DNA from: Schmidtea nova
Taxonomy: Eukaryota
Reading direction: 5' to 3'
Length of the DNA: 57,405 bases
NCBI GenBank assembly: GCA_044892505.1
Contig: CM097882.1
Span: 230,956,596-231,014,000, forward strand
Shown: positions 1-11,255 of the stretch, piece after piece
Layout: each line of letters starts with the position of its first letter
Numbering within the stretch: position 1 is the first letter of the stretch
Position numbers and translations under genes: made by a program
Notes under the pieces: generated by a model
The model's input: the letters and a program-made list of their open reading frames with translations, nothing else
Database searches by the model: none
Told to the model about the DNA's origin: nothing

Positions 1-1252
1 TTTATTGTAGTTGTAAATCTAGAAATAAATTTATGTAATTTAAATAATATATGAAATTAACAAAATTAAATTCATAATTCACAAATAAATCTTAAAAATA
101 ATCAATAATTTTATAAATTTCTTGTTCTTTTGATAAAATTTTTTTTACAGATACTAGCATTTCAACTCTATCACGATTTGTTTTAATGGAAAATTTAATT
201 ATTTCACATGTTATTTCATTAAGATAAGTTGTATAAATTTACGAAATAACTATTAATTATTATTGCTAATGCAAATTTTATTTTTTGAAAATTAATATTA
301 AAATTAAATTAATATTTAATTTTAGAAAATTTTTAAATTAAGAAATTAAGGAAGAAAATTTTATTAATAATATTTTTGATGCTTTCTAGTTTTAGTGGCC
401 TTTAATAATAAACCATTGGTTACAGTACAAATTATGGAGCATTCCAATGATGATTCAGAAGCTTTTTGGAAAACAAAATATTCGGTACTTGTACCAATTA
501 AAAAGTTAAATTTATTTATTTTAAGAAAGAATATGGTTATAGATAATTGTTCCACGATGTTTTAAAGATCTATTATAAGATAAAGAAAGATAAATAAAAA
601 TAATAATATGACTTTTAAAAAAGGTTGAAGTTGTTAATTGACCTTTGACCATTAAATCTTTATGTTTAGTGGAATTCTAAAATAGGACTTTATTAAACAA
701 TTTATTTTCCCTTAACATATCAATTATAAAATAAAATACATTAGTGAATGAAGATTTCCCAAAATACAATTTTACAAATAACTGGATCTTTATCTCTGAC
801 AACCTTTGAAAGCATTCACTTCTGTACCATTTTCCTGAATCTAAACGTAATTTATTTTATATCTTTTAAAAACGATATTTTCATGAACACAATATAAACA
901 CTGATTTATTCTCACAACCGATTCTTTTCACTTATCAATTATAAATTTGTTTATTATGTCATTCTTAATAGAAAAAAGTGTTTGAAAAATGTTTTGGAGA
1001 ATAATGATTTTAATTATTATTTTAATTATTATTTTAGGAGAATTACTTAAAATAAATAAATGTCTCTCAAAAACAAAAAACTGGACACAATCAAAGACTC
1101 AACTGGACCACACAGTTTTGTGGTTGCTTTCCTTATGCCAGTCAGACTATTTGTTCTCATTTTTCTGTTGTTTACTTCCATTAACTTTCATTTAGTAATT
1201 TGTATAATCCAAATTTAGCGACTTTATATCAATCTTTTATTTGGTGTTGTTC

Positions 1253-1254
<2 letters not shown>

Positions 1255-1333
<79 letters not shown>
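1255..1333. repeat. (ATT)n microsatellite abutting a PLE terminus
   Basis: About 26 ATT units running directly into the PLE end sequence tatcaataattctc. Confidence 0.95.
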
Positions 1334-2214
1334 CAATAATTCTCATAATGACTATAGATCAAAATTTTTTTTTATAAACAATAACACAATATTTCGGCAC
1401 AGCCTTTATCAAGTGTGTATTTCTATCGTTATATTTACTTAATCCTAAATAGTAGCCTTAATTATTTTTTTAATATTTTATAATGATTTTATTGGATGAA
1501 AAAATTTATTTTATTTTAATTTTTTTGTGCGAATTGAATGTTGATGGACGGTTTGTATTTTTTTATGAAAAAAGTCTCGGAAGCTAATCTTTGTAATGAA
1601 TTTTTGAATCCCTCTTGTAGGATCTGGCATTTTGTTTCTTCTATAGATGGAGTTGTTTTATGTACTTTTTCCCAGTGTTCGTAATAATTACTGGTTTTGA
1701 TTTTAGTATGTTCATTAAGTCGGGTGCGAAAAGTTCTATGTGTTTCTCCTATGTAAGTAGCGTCACATTTTTGACAAGAAAGTTTATATACTATATTTTT
1801 GGAAAAGCAAAAGCATCGGGTTGTGGAACGACAAAGACATTTATGTTTGGAGATGTTGGAAATTGGTGGCTTTCGGAGTTGTGATTTTAACGGTGCGGAG
1901 GTTATGAACGTTGGACGGATGTGGATAGGCAAATCTGTTTGATTAAAAATGTTGGTGATTTTGTTGGCTGTAGTGTCATTTAGGAAAGGTAATCTTAGAT
2001 ATGTTGTGTGTTTGTTATTGTTATTGTGTTTCTGGCGTTTTCTATTGTTGCGTTTATTGTGGTATGGTTCGTTAAGGAAGTGTTTCTTTACAAAGTCTTC
2101 AGGGTATCCATTTTGGAGGAATCGTATTTTGAAGTTTTCTAATGTTTCTTGTATTTTGTTTGCGTCTGAACAGTTTCTTATGGCTCTTTTTCTTTCTCCT
2201 ATTAGTAATGCGTT
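1330..2214 (-). mobile_element. 5'-truncated Penelope-like element copy (GIY-YIG end plus terminal repeat), left arm of a palindrome
   Basis: ORF 1516-1932 has IVYKLSCQKCDATYIGET..RLNEH (GIY-YIG). It is the reverse complement of 2229-3131. Confidence 0.92.
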
Positions 2215-2228
2215 AGTAACGCATTAGT

Positions 2229-3131
2229 AACGCATTACTAATAGGAGAAAGAAAAAGAGCCATAAGAAACTGTTCAGACGCAAACAAAATACAAGAAACA
2301 TTAGAAAACTTCAAAATACGATTCCTCCAAAATGGATACCCTGAAGACTTTGTAAAGAAACACTTCCTTAACGAACCATACCACAATAAACGCAACAATA
2401 GAAAACGCCAGAAACACAATAACAATAACAAACACACAACATATCTAAGATTACCTTTCCTAAATGACACTACAGCCAACAAAATCACCAACATTTTTAA
2501 TCAAACAGATTTGCCTATCCACATCCGTCCAACGTTCATAACCTCCGCACCGTTAAAATCACAACTCCGAAAGCAACCAATTTCCAACATCTCCAAACAT
2601 AAATGTCTTTGTCGTTCCACAACCCGATGCTTTTGCTTTTCCAAAAATATAGTATATAAACTTTCTTGTCAAAAATGTGACGCTACTTACATAGGAGAAA
2701 CACATAGAACTTTTCGCACCCGACTTAATGAACATACTAAAATCAAAACCAGTAATTATTACGAACACTGGGAAAAAGTACATAAAACAACTCCATCTAT
2801 AGAAGAAACAAAATGCCAGATCCTACAAGAGGGATTCAAAAATTCATTACAAAGATTAGCTTCCGAGACTTTTTTCATAAAAAAATACAAACCGTCCATC
2901 AACATTCAATTCGCACAAAAAAATTAAAATAAAATAAATTTTTTCATCCAATAAAATCATTATAAAATATTAAAAAAATAATTAAGGCTACTATTTAGGA
3001 TTAAGTAAATATAACGATAGAAATACACACTTGATAAAGGCTGTGCCGAAATATTGTGTTATTGTTTATAAAAAAAAATTTTGATCTATAGTCATTATGA
3101 GAATTATTGATAATAATAATAAAAAAAGATC
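2229..3131 (+). mobile_element. 5'-truncated Penelope-like element copy, right arm of the palindrome
   Basis: ORF 2511-2927 is identical to 1516-1932 except one P/Q change. It runs into an N gap at 3132. Confidence 0.92.
3025..3059 (+). ncRNA. Minimal hammerhead ribozyme (U3-A8 variant) in the PLE terminal repeat
   Basis: acacac-TTGATAA-a-ggc tgt gcc-GAAA-tat-t-gtgt gives stem I, core, stem II and a palindromic stem III. Further copies: 7432-7466(+), 1384-1418(-), 3364-3398(-), 40500-40534(-), 41061-41095(+, G12 lost) and ~44701-44738(-). Confidence 0.7.
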
Positions 3132-3290
3132 NNNNNNNNNNNNNNNNNNNNNNNNNNNNNNNNNNNNNNNNNNNNNNNNNNNNNNNNNNNNNNNNNNNNN
3201 NNNNNNNNNNNNNNNNNNNNNNNNNNNNNNNNNNNNNNNNNNNNNNNNNNNNNNNNNNNNNNNNNNNNNNNNNNNNNNNNNNNNNNNNNN

Positions 3291-6145
3291 TTTGATCTTT
3301 TTTTATTATTATTATCAATAATTCTCATAATGACTATAGATCAAATTTTTTTTATAAACAATAACACAATATTTCGGCACAGCCTTTATCAAGTGTGTAT
3401 TTCTATCGTTATATTTACTTAATCCTAAATAGTAGCCTTAATTATTTTTTTAATATTTTATAATGATTTTATTGGATGAAAAAATTTATTTTAATTTTTT
3501 TGTGCGAATTGAATGTTGATGGACGGTTTGTATTTTTCTTTGTAAAAAGTCTCGGAAGCTAATCTTTGTATTGAATTTTTGAATCCCTCTTGTAGAATCT
3601 GGCATTTTGTTTCTTCTATAGATGGAGTTTGTTTTATGTACTTTCTCCCAGTGTTCGTAAAAATTACTGGTTTTGTTTTTAGTGTGTTCATTAAGTCGGG
3701 TGCGAAAAGTTCTATGTGTTTCTCCTATGTAAGTAGCGTCACATTTTTGACAAGAAAGTTTATATACTATATTTTTGGAAAAGCAAAAGCATCGGGTTGT
3801 GGAACGGCAAAGACATTTATGTTTGGAGATGTTGGAAATTGGTGGCTTTTGGAGTTGTGATTTTAACGGTGCGGAGGTTATGAACGTTGGACGGATGTGG
3901 ATAGGCAAATCTGTTTGATTAAAAATGTTGGTGATTTTGTTGGCTGTAGTGTCATTTAGGAAAGGTAATCTTAGATATGTTGTGTGTTTGTTATTGTTAT
4001 TGTGTTTCTGGCGTTTCCTATTGTTGCGTTTATTGTGGTATGGTTCGTTAAGGAAGTGTTTCTTTACAAAGTCTTCAGGGTATCCATTTTGGAGGAATCG
4101 TATTTTGAAGTTTTCTAATGTTTCTTGTATTTTGTTTGAGTCTGAACAGTTTCTTATGGCTCTTTTTCTTTCTCCTATTAGTAATGCGATTTTGCGTTGA
4201 AGTGGAACGTAGCTTTTCCATGGGAGGATATGACCACTATGTAAACTTTTAGAATATAGCTCGGTGTTTGCATTTAGTGTATCTTGGCCTTTTGTGAAAC
4301 TTACCATGGTATCTAAAAACGGTATTTTACCTTCTGTGTTCGGTGTTTCAAAAGTGAATTGTATGTTGGTGTTAGTAGAATTTGCGTGTGATAGGATTTG
4401 ATTGAGAGGGATTGTGGAGACTATGAAGATGTCGTCGATGTATCGTTTCCAGAAAAGTGTTTTGTCCCCAAAAAAAGATATGATCTTAGATTCTATAAAG
4501 TTCATGTAGAAGATGGCTAAGATGGGAGAAAGGTTATTACCCATGGCTAATCCATGAATTTGTTTGAATGGTTTTTCTTTAATTATGACAGTATCTGAAT
4601 TTATTGCTAATTTTAGAAGTTCTATAAAGTCTTGTTTAGTTAAGTCTGCGAGGTCAGTGTTGGCTTTATGAGTTTCAAAGAAAGAAGCTGTGATATCGAA
4701 AATGTTATTCTCTCCGTGAAGAGGAATAGATCCGTAAAGATTGGAAACATCAAGAGATCCCCAGAAGTACTGTTGTCCTGCGTTTAATGGAAGAGACGTA
4801 TTTGTAATTTCGGAGACGAATTCAGTTGTGTTTTTAAGATGAGAAGGAACCAAAGGCAAAAGTGTTTTTAGGATTTCTGAAAGAACTTTAGAAAGTGTTG
4901 TGGAAGGAGTGTCAACTGCGGATACAAGAGGTCTGCCTTTTAAAGGACTTTTGTGGTCTTTAGGTAACATAGTCATATTACTAGGTAAGGGCTCACTACA
5001 GTTGCATTTTAAAAGTAAATCTTTGATTTGAAGGTTGATTTGTTTATTTGCAAGTGTTGACAGTTTCTTATTGTATAAAATCTGAGTTGATGCAGGTAAG
5101 ATTATTTTGTTTATCGGTTCATAGTTCGAGAGATGTTCTTCAAATAGAGTATTGTATTGTTCTGTGTCAAGGGCAATTAGTCGATTTGTTTTATCTGATG
5201 GAAGAATTGTGAAGTCTTTGGAATTTTTAATTTTCTTTATGTTTGAAGTGAAAGAATTTTGTGTTGAGCAATGTTTTTCAAGAAAAATAATTTGTTCTCT
5301 GACTAAAGTTTTGACTTTAGTTTCTAAACAGCTGATTTTTTCTTCAAGTTCAGTCGAAAAGACAGGCATATTTGGATATGTTCTACGATTTGGGTCCAGA
5401 AGATAATTGTGTTTTTCAGCTAAACTTGAAGATTTGGTGGATGAAATTGGTTTTAGATGGTAACCTATTTGTCTTCTTAGGCTTATAAGAGAGGCGTTAG
5501 TAATGACTTCGGCTTTTTCTAAATCTTTCTGGTTAGGTGGAGGAACAAAAGATGGTCCTAGAGCGAGGATATTTTCTTGTGTTTTGGAAAAAATGTGATT
5601 AGATTTGTTTGTAAATGGAAGAATTGAATTTGAGTGTGAGTATGAGTCTTTAGTGTTGTTTGAATTTGTTGAAAGTAGCGTTTCTAATTTTGTATGCTTG
5701 CGAATGTCGAGATTTTTGGAGAAATTCTGGCAACAAGTATTATCTTCACAAGTAAGAGGAGCACAAGGAAAACTAGTAAATTCATTTAGCTTTTTGTAAC
5801 ACGCTGAAATTCTAAGTTTAAGCCATTCTTTCCCTGTTTTTCCTTAAGCTTCAATGCTTGTGAAGATGGATAGGTTGATTCAAGTTTGTTGGTAACAGTC
5901 AGGCCCACGATAATGATGTTTCTTCTTTTGCATTCTTTATAAAAAATGTAAGTGTGATTTGATTTTGATGATTTTGAGACTATAAAATAACGATTGATCT
6001 ACTCGGTGATAAGCGTCCGCCAATATACTATCATAATTATCTTTTTTCACCTTTGATCTTTTTTTATTATTATTATCAATAATTCTCATAATGACTATAG
6101 ATCAAATTTTTTTTTATAAACAATAACACAATATTTCGGCACAGC
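3291..6145 (-). mobile_element. Near full-length Penelope-like element with terminal-repeat sequence at both ends
   Basis: RT + GIY-YIG ORF. The terminal segment (aattctcataatgactatagatc...ttcggcacagc) occurs at 3300-3400 and again at 6040-6145 upstream of the ORF. Confidence 0.92.
3486..5933 (-). pseudogene. PLE reverse transcriptase-GIY-YIG endonuclease ORF (disrupted)
   Basis: Motifs SLDVSNLYGSIP, GLAMGNNLSP, RYIDDIF and YIGET..RLNEH. The frame stays open upstream of 5369 through the PLE N-terminal motif ILALGPSFVP to an ATG at 5933, with stops at 5880-82 and 5844-46. A +1 frameshift near 3628 alters the last ~45 aa. Confidence 0.88.
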
Positions 6146-7562
6146 TTCTTTCTTTGAAACTCATAAAGCCAACACTGACCTCGCAGACTTAACTAAACAA
6201 GACTTTATAGAACTTCTAAAATTAGCAATAAATTCAGATACTGTCATAATTAAAGAAAAACCATTCAAACAAATTCATGGATTAGCCATGGGTAATAACC
6301 TTTCTCCCATCTTAGCCATCTTCTACATGAACTTTATAGAATCTAAGATCATATCTTTTTTTGGGGACAAAACACTTTTCTGGAAACGATACATCGACGA
6401 CATCTTCATAGTCTCCACAATCCCTCTCAATCAAATCCTATCACACGCAAATTCTACTAACACCAACATACAATTCACTTTTGAAACACCGAACACAGAA
6501 GGTAAAATACCGTTTTTAGATACCATGGTAAGTTTCACAAAAGGCCAAGATACACTAAATGCAAACACCGAGCTATATTCTAAAAGTTTACATAGTGGTC
6601 ATATCCTCCCATGGAAAAGCTACGTTCCACTTCAACGCAAAATCGCATTACTAATAGGAGAAAGAAAAAGAGCCATAAGAAACTGTTCAGACTCAAACAA
6701 AATACAAGAAACATTAGAAAACTTCAAAATACGATTCCTCCAAAATGGATACCCTGAAGACTTTGTAAAGAAACACTTCCTTAACGAACCATACCACAAT
6801 AAACGCAACAATAGGAAACGCCAGAAACACAATAACAATAACAAACACACAACATATCTAAGATTACCTTTCCTAAATGACACTACAGCCAACAAAATCA
6901 CCAACATTTTTAATCAAACAGATTTGCCTATCCACATCCGTCCAACGTTCATAACCTCCGCACCGTTAAAATCACAACTCCGAAAGCCACCAATTTCCAA
7001 CATCTCCAAACATAAATGTCTTTGCCGTTCCACAACCCGATGCTTTTGCTTTTCCAAAAATATAGTATATAAACTTTCTTGTCAAAAATGTGACGCTACT
7101 TACATAGGAGAAACACAGAACTTTTCGCACCCGACTTAATGAACACACTAAAAACAAAACCAGTAATTTTTACGAACACTGGGAGAAAGTACATAAAACA
7201 AACTCCATCTATAGAAGAAACAAAATGCCAGATTCTACAAGAGGGATTCAAAAATTCAATAAAAAGATTAGCTTCCGAGACTTTTTACATAAAAAAATAC
7301 AAACCGTCCATCAACATTCAATTCGCACAAAAAAATTAAAATAAATTTTTTCATCCAATAAAATCATTATAAAATATTAAAAAAATAATTAAGGCTACTA
7401 TTTAGGATTAAGTAAATATAACGATAGAAATACACACTTGATAAAGGCTGTGCCGAAATATTGTGTTATTGTTTATAAAAAAAAAATTTGATCTATAGTC
7501 ATTATGAGAATTATTGATAATAATAATAAAAAAAGATCAAAGGTGAAAAAAGATAATTATGA

Positions 7563-7564
<2 letters not shown>
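6140..7564 (+). mobile_element. 5'-truncated PLE copy inverted relative to 3291-4690
   Basis: ORF 6288-7139 matches the RT C-half of the 627-aa ORF, with frameshifts in GIY-YIG. It ends at gataattatgata before (ATT)n. Confidence 0.92.
7432..7466 (+). ncRNA. Minimal hammerhead ribozyme copy
   Basis: Identical to 3025-3059. Confidence 0.7.

Positions 7565-7601
<37 letters not shown>
7564..7601. repeat. (ATT)n microsatellite: PLE tail and insertion site of the giant LTR element
   Basis: About 12 ATT units between the PLE end and TGTTGGG. Confidence 0.9.
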
Positions 7602-7602
<1 letters not shown>

Positions 7603-7987
7603 GTTGGGCCAGCCAAATAGAGGGAACAGTGAAATAAAAGTAGATTAATTAAAACAAAAAAGAGAAAAATAAGGTAAAAAGGGGAATATTTATTTATTAA
7701 AAGAAAGGAATAATATAGTAAAAATATAGATAAACTAAGTACAAGCTATAAATAAAAATAAATGAATTTCTAGATATTAACGGGCCCAGGAGACATCTAA
7801 AAACAAATAAAATACAAATAATAATAATTAAAACCAAATAAAAGTACTTGTTATTGAATAATTGTTTTTGAAACCCGGACCTCCAAGGAAGAATACAATC
7901 TAAAAAATAAAAATTAATTAGAATCAAAAACAATAATTAAAAACCACCATGAAGCTGGCCGAACCTGATTGGTCGATCTAGACACGA

Positions 7988-8011
7988 CTGATCAGTATAA
8001 ATACTGATCAG
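7988..8011 (+). promoter_or_regulatory. TATA box embedded in a 24-bp palindrome (LTR promoter candidate)
   Basis: CTGATCAGTAT-AA-ATACTGATCAG contains TATAAATA at 7996-8003. The copy is at 33286-33309. Confidence 0.6.
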
Positions 8012-8993
8012 ATTTTTCATAAAATTAGACCGTGTAAAAACTTAGACTTTAGTAGACTTTGTTAGAATATAGATTTTAGACTTGTGACTTTGTTTGAGAC
8101 TAAAATTTAGACTTTGCAAAAAACTTAGACTTGTGTTCAGACTAAAATTCACATTAGATTGCACATTGCCCCGACGACGATCACCGTTTAGACCGATTTT
8201 GATCAATAAATTTTCGGAATTCAATTGAGGTATTTTTGGTATATTTACGTTTATTATTTGATATCGTTGTATTCATATGTCATTATCATATTATAATTTA
8301 TTGTTTATCTCGTTATGATTTATGTTTATATTTAAACTACTTAAACTATCATATTAATCTTGCGCCGTTGGGAGCTTTAGGTTCCCAAGGTGTCCGTCCG
8401 TGGCGTGGTGCTCGAGGGCTCCACACACGGTAAAGTAATAAATAACAAAACATAATTTTATTAGTGATGGTCGAGATTTGCACATGGGACACCCAACAAA
8501 TCCGGGGAATTATTTTCCGATCATTTTAGCTACAGAGGGGACGATAATTTTTTGATAAAGCTTAAAGATATGAAAGAATTTTGTAACCGTGAGGAGGCAC
8601 GAATTGTTCACCCTCACCACAGCACAATTGCTAGATAAACGTCTAATAAACCTTAGAAAAATTATGTCGACCGCATTTGGTACACAAGAGCGTTTTTCGA
8701 ATAAGCTAGGGATACATGACGGGAGAGAGCTTCCGTTTTGAGGTGTCAATATTTTGAAAATCCAAGCAGACAAATCACCAATTTTTCGACTATAATATTG
8801 ATCGTAAACAGATAAATCTAAGTAGATACGAGAGTAACGCATACCGTAACGAACGACAGTTTTCCCTTGATTTCAGTTAAGGTCTAAGGGGTAGGCAAAT
8901 AATAAAGGCATCACGATGAGAGATAACATCTACTATAATTAATTATTGATTTAAATTGTTAACTATTATAAAATTCAGCATCGTTTTGGAATC

Positions 8994-9470
8994 ATGACTA
9001 AACATAGATACACTATCAAAAAACGACAAGAACGAGCCCGAGTTAGCCCATTAAAACCGGCTCCTTTTGAAATTCTGCAGCAAATCCATCAAAAAATGTG
9101 GGCATGGCGCCGAGAGCTTGAAACCGCCTGTCCATTTACAGTATGGGACCATCCACGGCATCACGTATGGTACCGGGGATGCGCTAGTTGGCCAATCATT
9201 CCAGATGAGGAATTTGAATCATCGCACGCCGCCTGGTTCATCCTGATGTTGGACAAAGGAGGATTCCCGAAATGTGTCATTTATTGGGGGTTCATTCCAG
9301 CCTCTACCTTCAAGGAATTGGGGTTCAAGTTCAACACAGCAATACGACCCCTTCGAGAAGCTGAGAGAACCCGTTTCCAGCAGGCCTCGTCCAATTCCAC
9401 AGGAATCCATACAAATTTGCAAATCAGATCGATATTTTCGTATCGAGGAAAAATGACCGAAGATGAATAG
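8994..9470 (+). CDS. LTR-encoded protein 1, 158 aa, unknown function
   Basis: ATG-initiated, GC-richer than its flanks, identical in the 3' LTR (34292-34768). Preceded by ttcag and followed by acctgttttt..aataaa. Confidence 0.7.
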   Translation: MTKHRYTIKKRQERARVSPLKPAPFEILQQIHQKMWAWRRELETACPFTVWDHPRHHVWYRGCASWPIIPDEEFESSHAAWFILMLDKGGFPKCVIYWGFIPASTFKELGFKFNTAIRPLREAERTRFQQASSNSTGIHTNLQIRSIFSYRGKMTEDE

Positions 9471-9788
9471 GTTGAATCAATGGCCACCTGTTTTTGAATT
9501 TAATAAATGTTTTAAAGAAGTCTGAAGTGTCTCATTTTGTTAATAGTGTTGTCATGTAGATTTAGTATTGTAGTTGTCATAGTCATTAAGAAATTGATTT
9601 ATTAATATAAAATTAGTTCAATAAATCTTTTAAACCTTCAATAATTAGATAGTTGAATAATTTTGCGAAGAACTCAATAATTAAAAACATTAGTATGCAT
9701 CTCGTTTAATAATAATAATAGTCGTTTAAATAAAATAGAATTGTTGATAGGTCCTCCAGCGAATTTATCGTTATAATATTCAGATAAC

Positions 9789-10373
9789 ATGCCGACTTCA
9801 GAAAATTCCAAGAAAATCATGGGACAAATCCAAGAGAGGAAGTTGAGGGACCAGCAGCGACAGATCAAGCGACTCACGGTCGCCAATGATGAATTGAGAG
9901 CGAAGTGGTTCTCACCCGAACAAATGAAGGACCAGTCGAAAAAACTTGAGCGAATGCAGGAAGCACTGGCCGCAACATAATTGGAACTAGATGCCGTCCA
10001 GCGAGAACTACGAAATTGCCTAAACGCAGTAACAAGAAGTTACATCGACTCCGAATTACGAGCGCTAATCCGGCCGATCACGGCTCAGCGCTGGATACAA
10101 TGCACCCACCAAGATGTCGCTTGCGGGACGGAAGAGGGAATCATCATGGCCCCCACTCTCGCAACGGAAGATTTGCCTATTTTTCTCAGTGATCCCCCGA
10201 GAACAATAGCGTCAGCACCGGTCATAAACCAACAGTTTCGAAAACATCGAATGGGATCGCGACAGCGTCGTCGTCGCCGAGAATTTGCGAAGCGCCTGGA
10301 CGAACAAATCTACCACTTGAACTCCTTAACCGAAGCGGAGTTGATTCAGGAGATTAGTCTGGAATTCGCTTAG
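9789..10373 (+). pseudogene. LTR-encoded protein 2 (coiled-coil, Arg-rich C-terminus), interrupted by TAA at 9978-80 in this LTR
   Basis: The 3' LTR copy (35087-35671) is an open 194-aa ORF with ACT AAA where this copy has ACA TAA. Confidence 0.75.
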
Positions 10374-10932
10374 GAAAACATCCATGTAAAATAACAACCT
10401 GTTTTTAATATTTTAATAAAAGTATTTTCTGTGTAAATTTTGTCTCTCATCGTGTGATTTCACTAAATAAAATAAATGACTCAATCATAGAAATGGAAAA
10501 TCCCATCAATATTTTTCTCAGACCGACCGTTTCTACGCAGAGACTGATTAATTACATTGTAGCTCGATTAAGGAAAGTCATTGGGAAAGGTGTATGATAG
10601 ATCATAAGGATATGTAGTACAAAATTCAGTAGGAAACGAACATCCATAGAATGTAAATGCGTAAGACCTTCTATCGGCAGCAAGGACCCGAGGGAAGATA
10701 AATGGGGAGTAGTTTTGGCAACAAAGCTCACCTGCCCATCAGTTTTCCACCACCGTATGCAGTACCAACTTGACTAGTAGGGAATAGTCAAGGGCATACG
10801 CGTGTAGTAGTCATGTTATGTATGGTTATGGGCGTGGAATCCCTAGTATACGTACTCACCAATAGTCGTTCAATTAATGATTAACTATTTATTTGAATTA
10901 CTTAAAACCCACCCATAAACCCAGCATAAATT

Positions 10933-10950
10933 TGGGGGCTCAGCCGGGAT
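10933..10950 (+). promoter_or_regulatory. Primer binding site, tRNA-Pro type
   Basis: TGGGGGCTCAGCCGGGAT matches the classical tRNA-Pro PBS TGGGGGCTCGTCCGGGAT at 16/18 and lies just after the LTR end. Confidence 0.88.
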
Positions 10951-11255
10951 CAACTTTGTTTTTATGCGGAAAAGGTGAACCCAATGACAACAGAGAAACT
11001 TAAAATCAGAATTTTGTGAGTAGAAATAGTAACCGAAAGAGTAAACGAGATAAAAGTGAGTTGCGTGGAAATAGATAATTACAAACAGAGAATTAAAACA
11101 AATTAGTAGATAAATTGAACAAATGCATTCATACATAACAGGTCGGGACGACAATTTACCGAAACACGGGGGGAGGCTGTAAAACTGCCAGAAACGAAAC
11201 ACAGTACTACTTTTCGAATAATATTAACACAGTAATTAAATAAATTATCTAGGAA

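Larger units (their letters stand above)
7602..10926 (+). repeat. 5' LTR (3,325 bp)
   Basis: Starts TGTTGGG and ends CCCAGCA (imperfect inverted termini, TG...CA). Followed after 6 nt by the PBS. Confidence 0.93.

Noticed and set aside
140-1200. Possible host exons (e.g. AFNNKPLVTVQIMEHSNDDSEAFWKTKYSV after ttttag at ~393)
   Set aside because: Plausible acceptors, but no recognisable product or consistent gene model.
1200-1442. Poly-Ile ORF, and the YIYI ORF at 42227-42427
   Set aside because: Translations of (ATT)n and (TA)n microsatellites.
3001-3328. ORFs containing X runs (also 36175-36379, 48654-49025, 55857-56213)
   Set aside because: Artefacts of N gaps.
11000-11255. A BIR domain upstream of the RING ORF
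   Set aside because: No CX2C...H...C BIR pattern was found in the frames I read.
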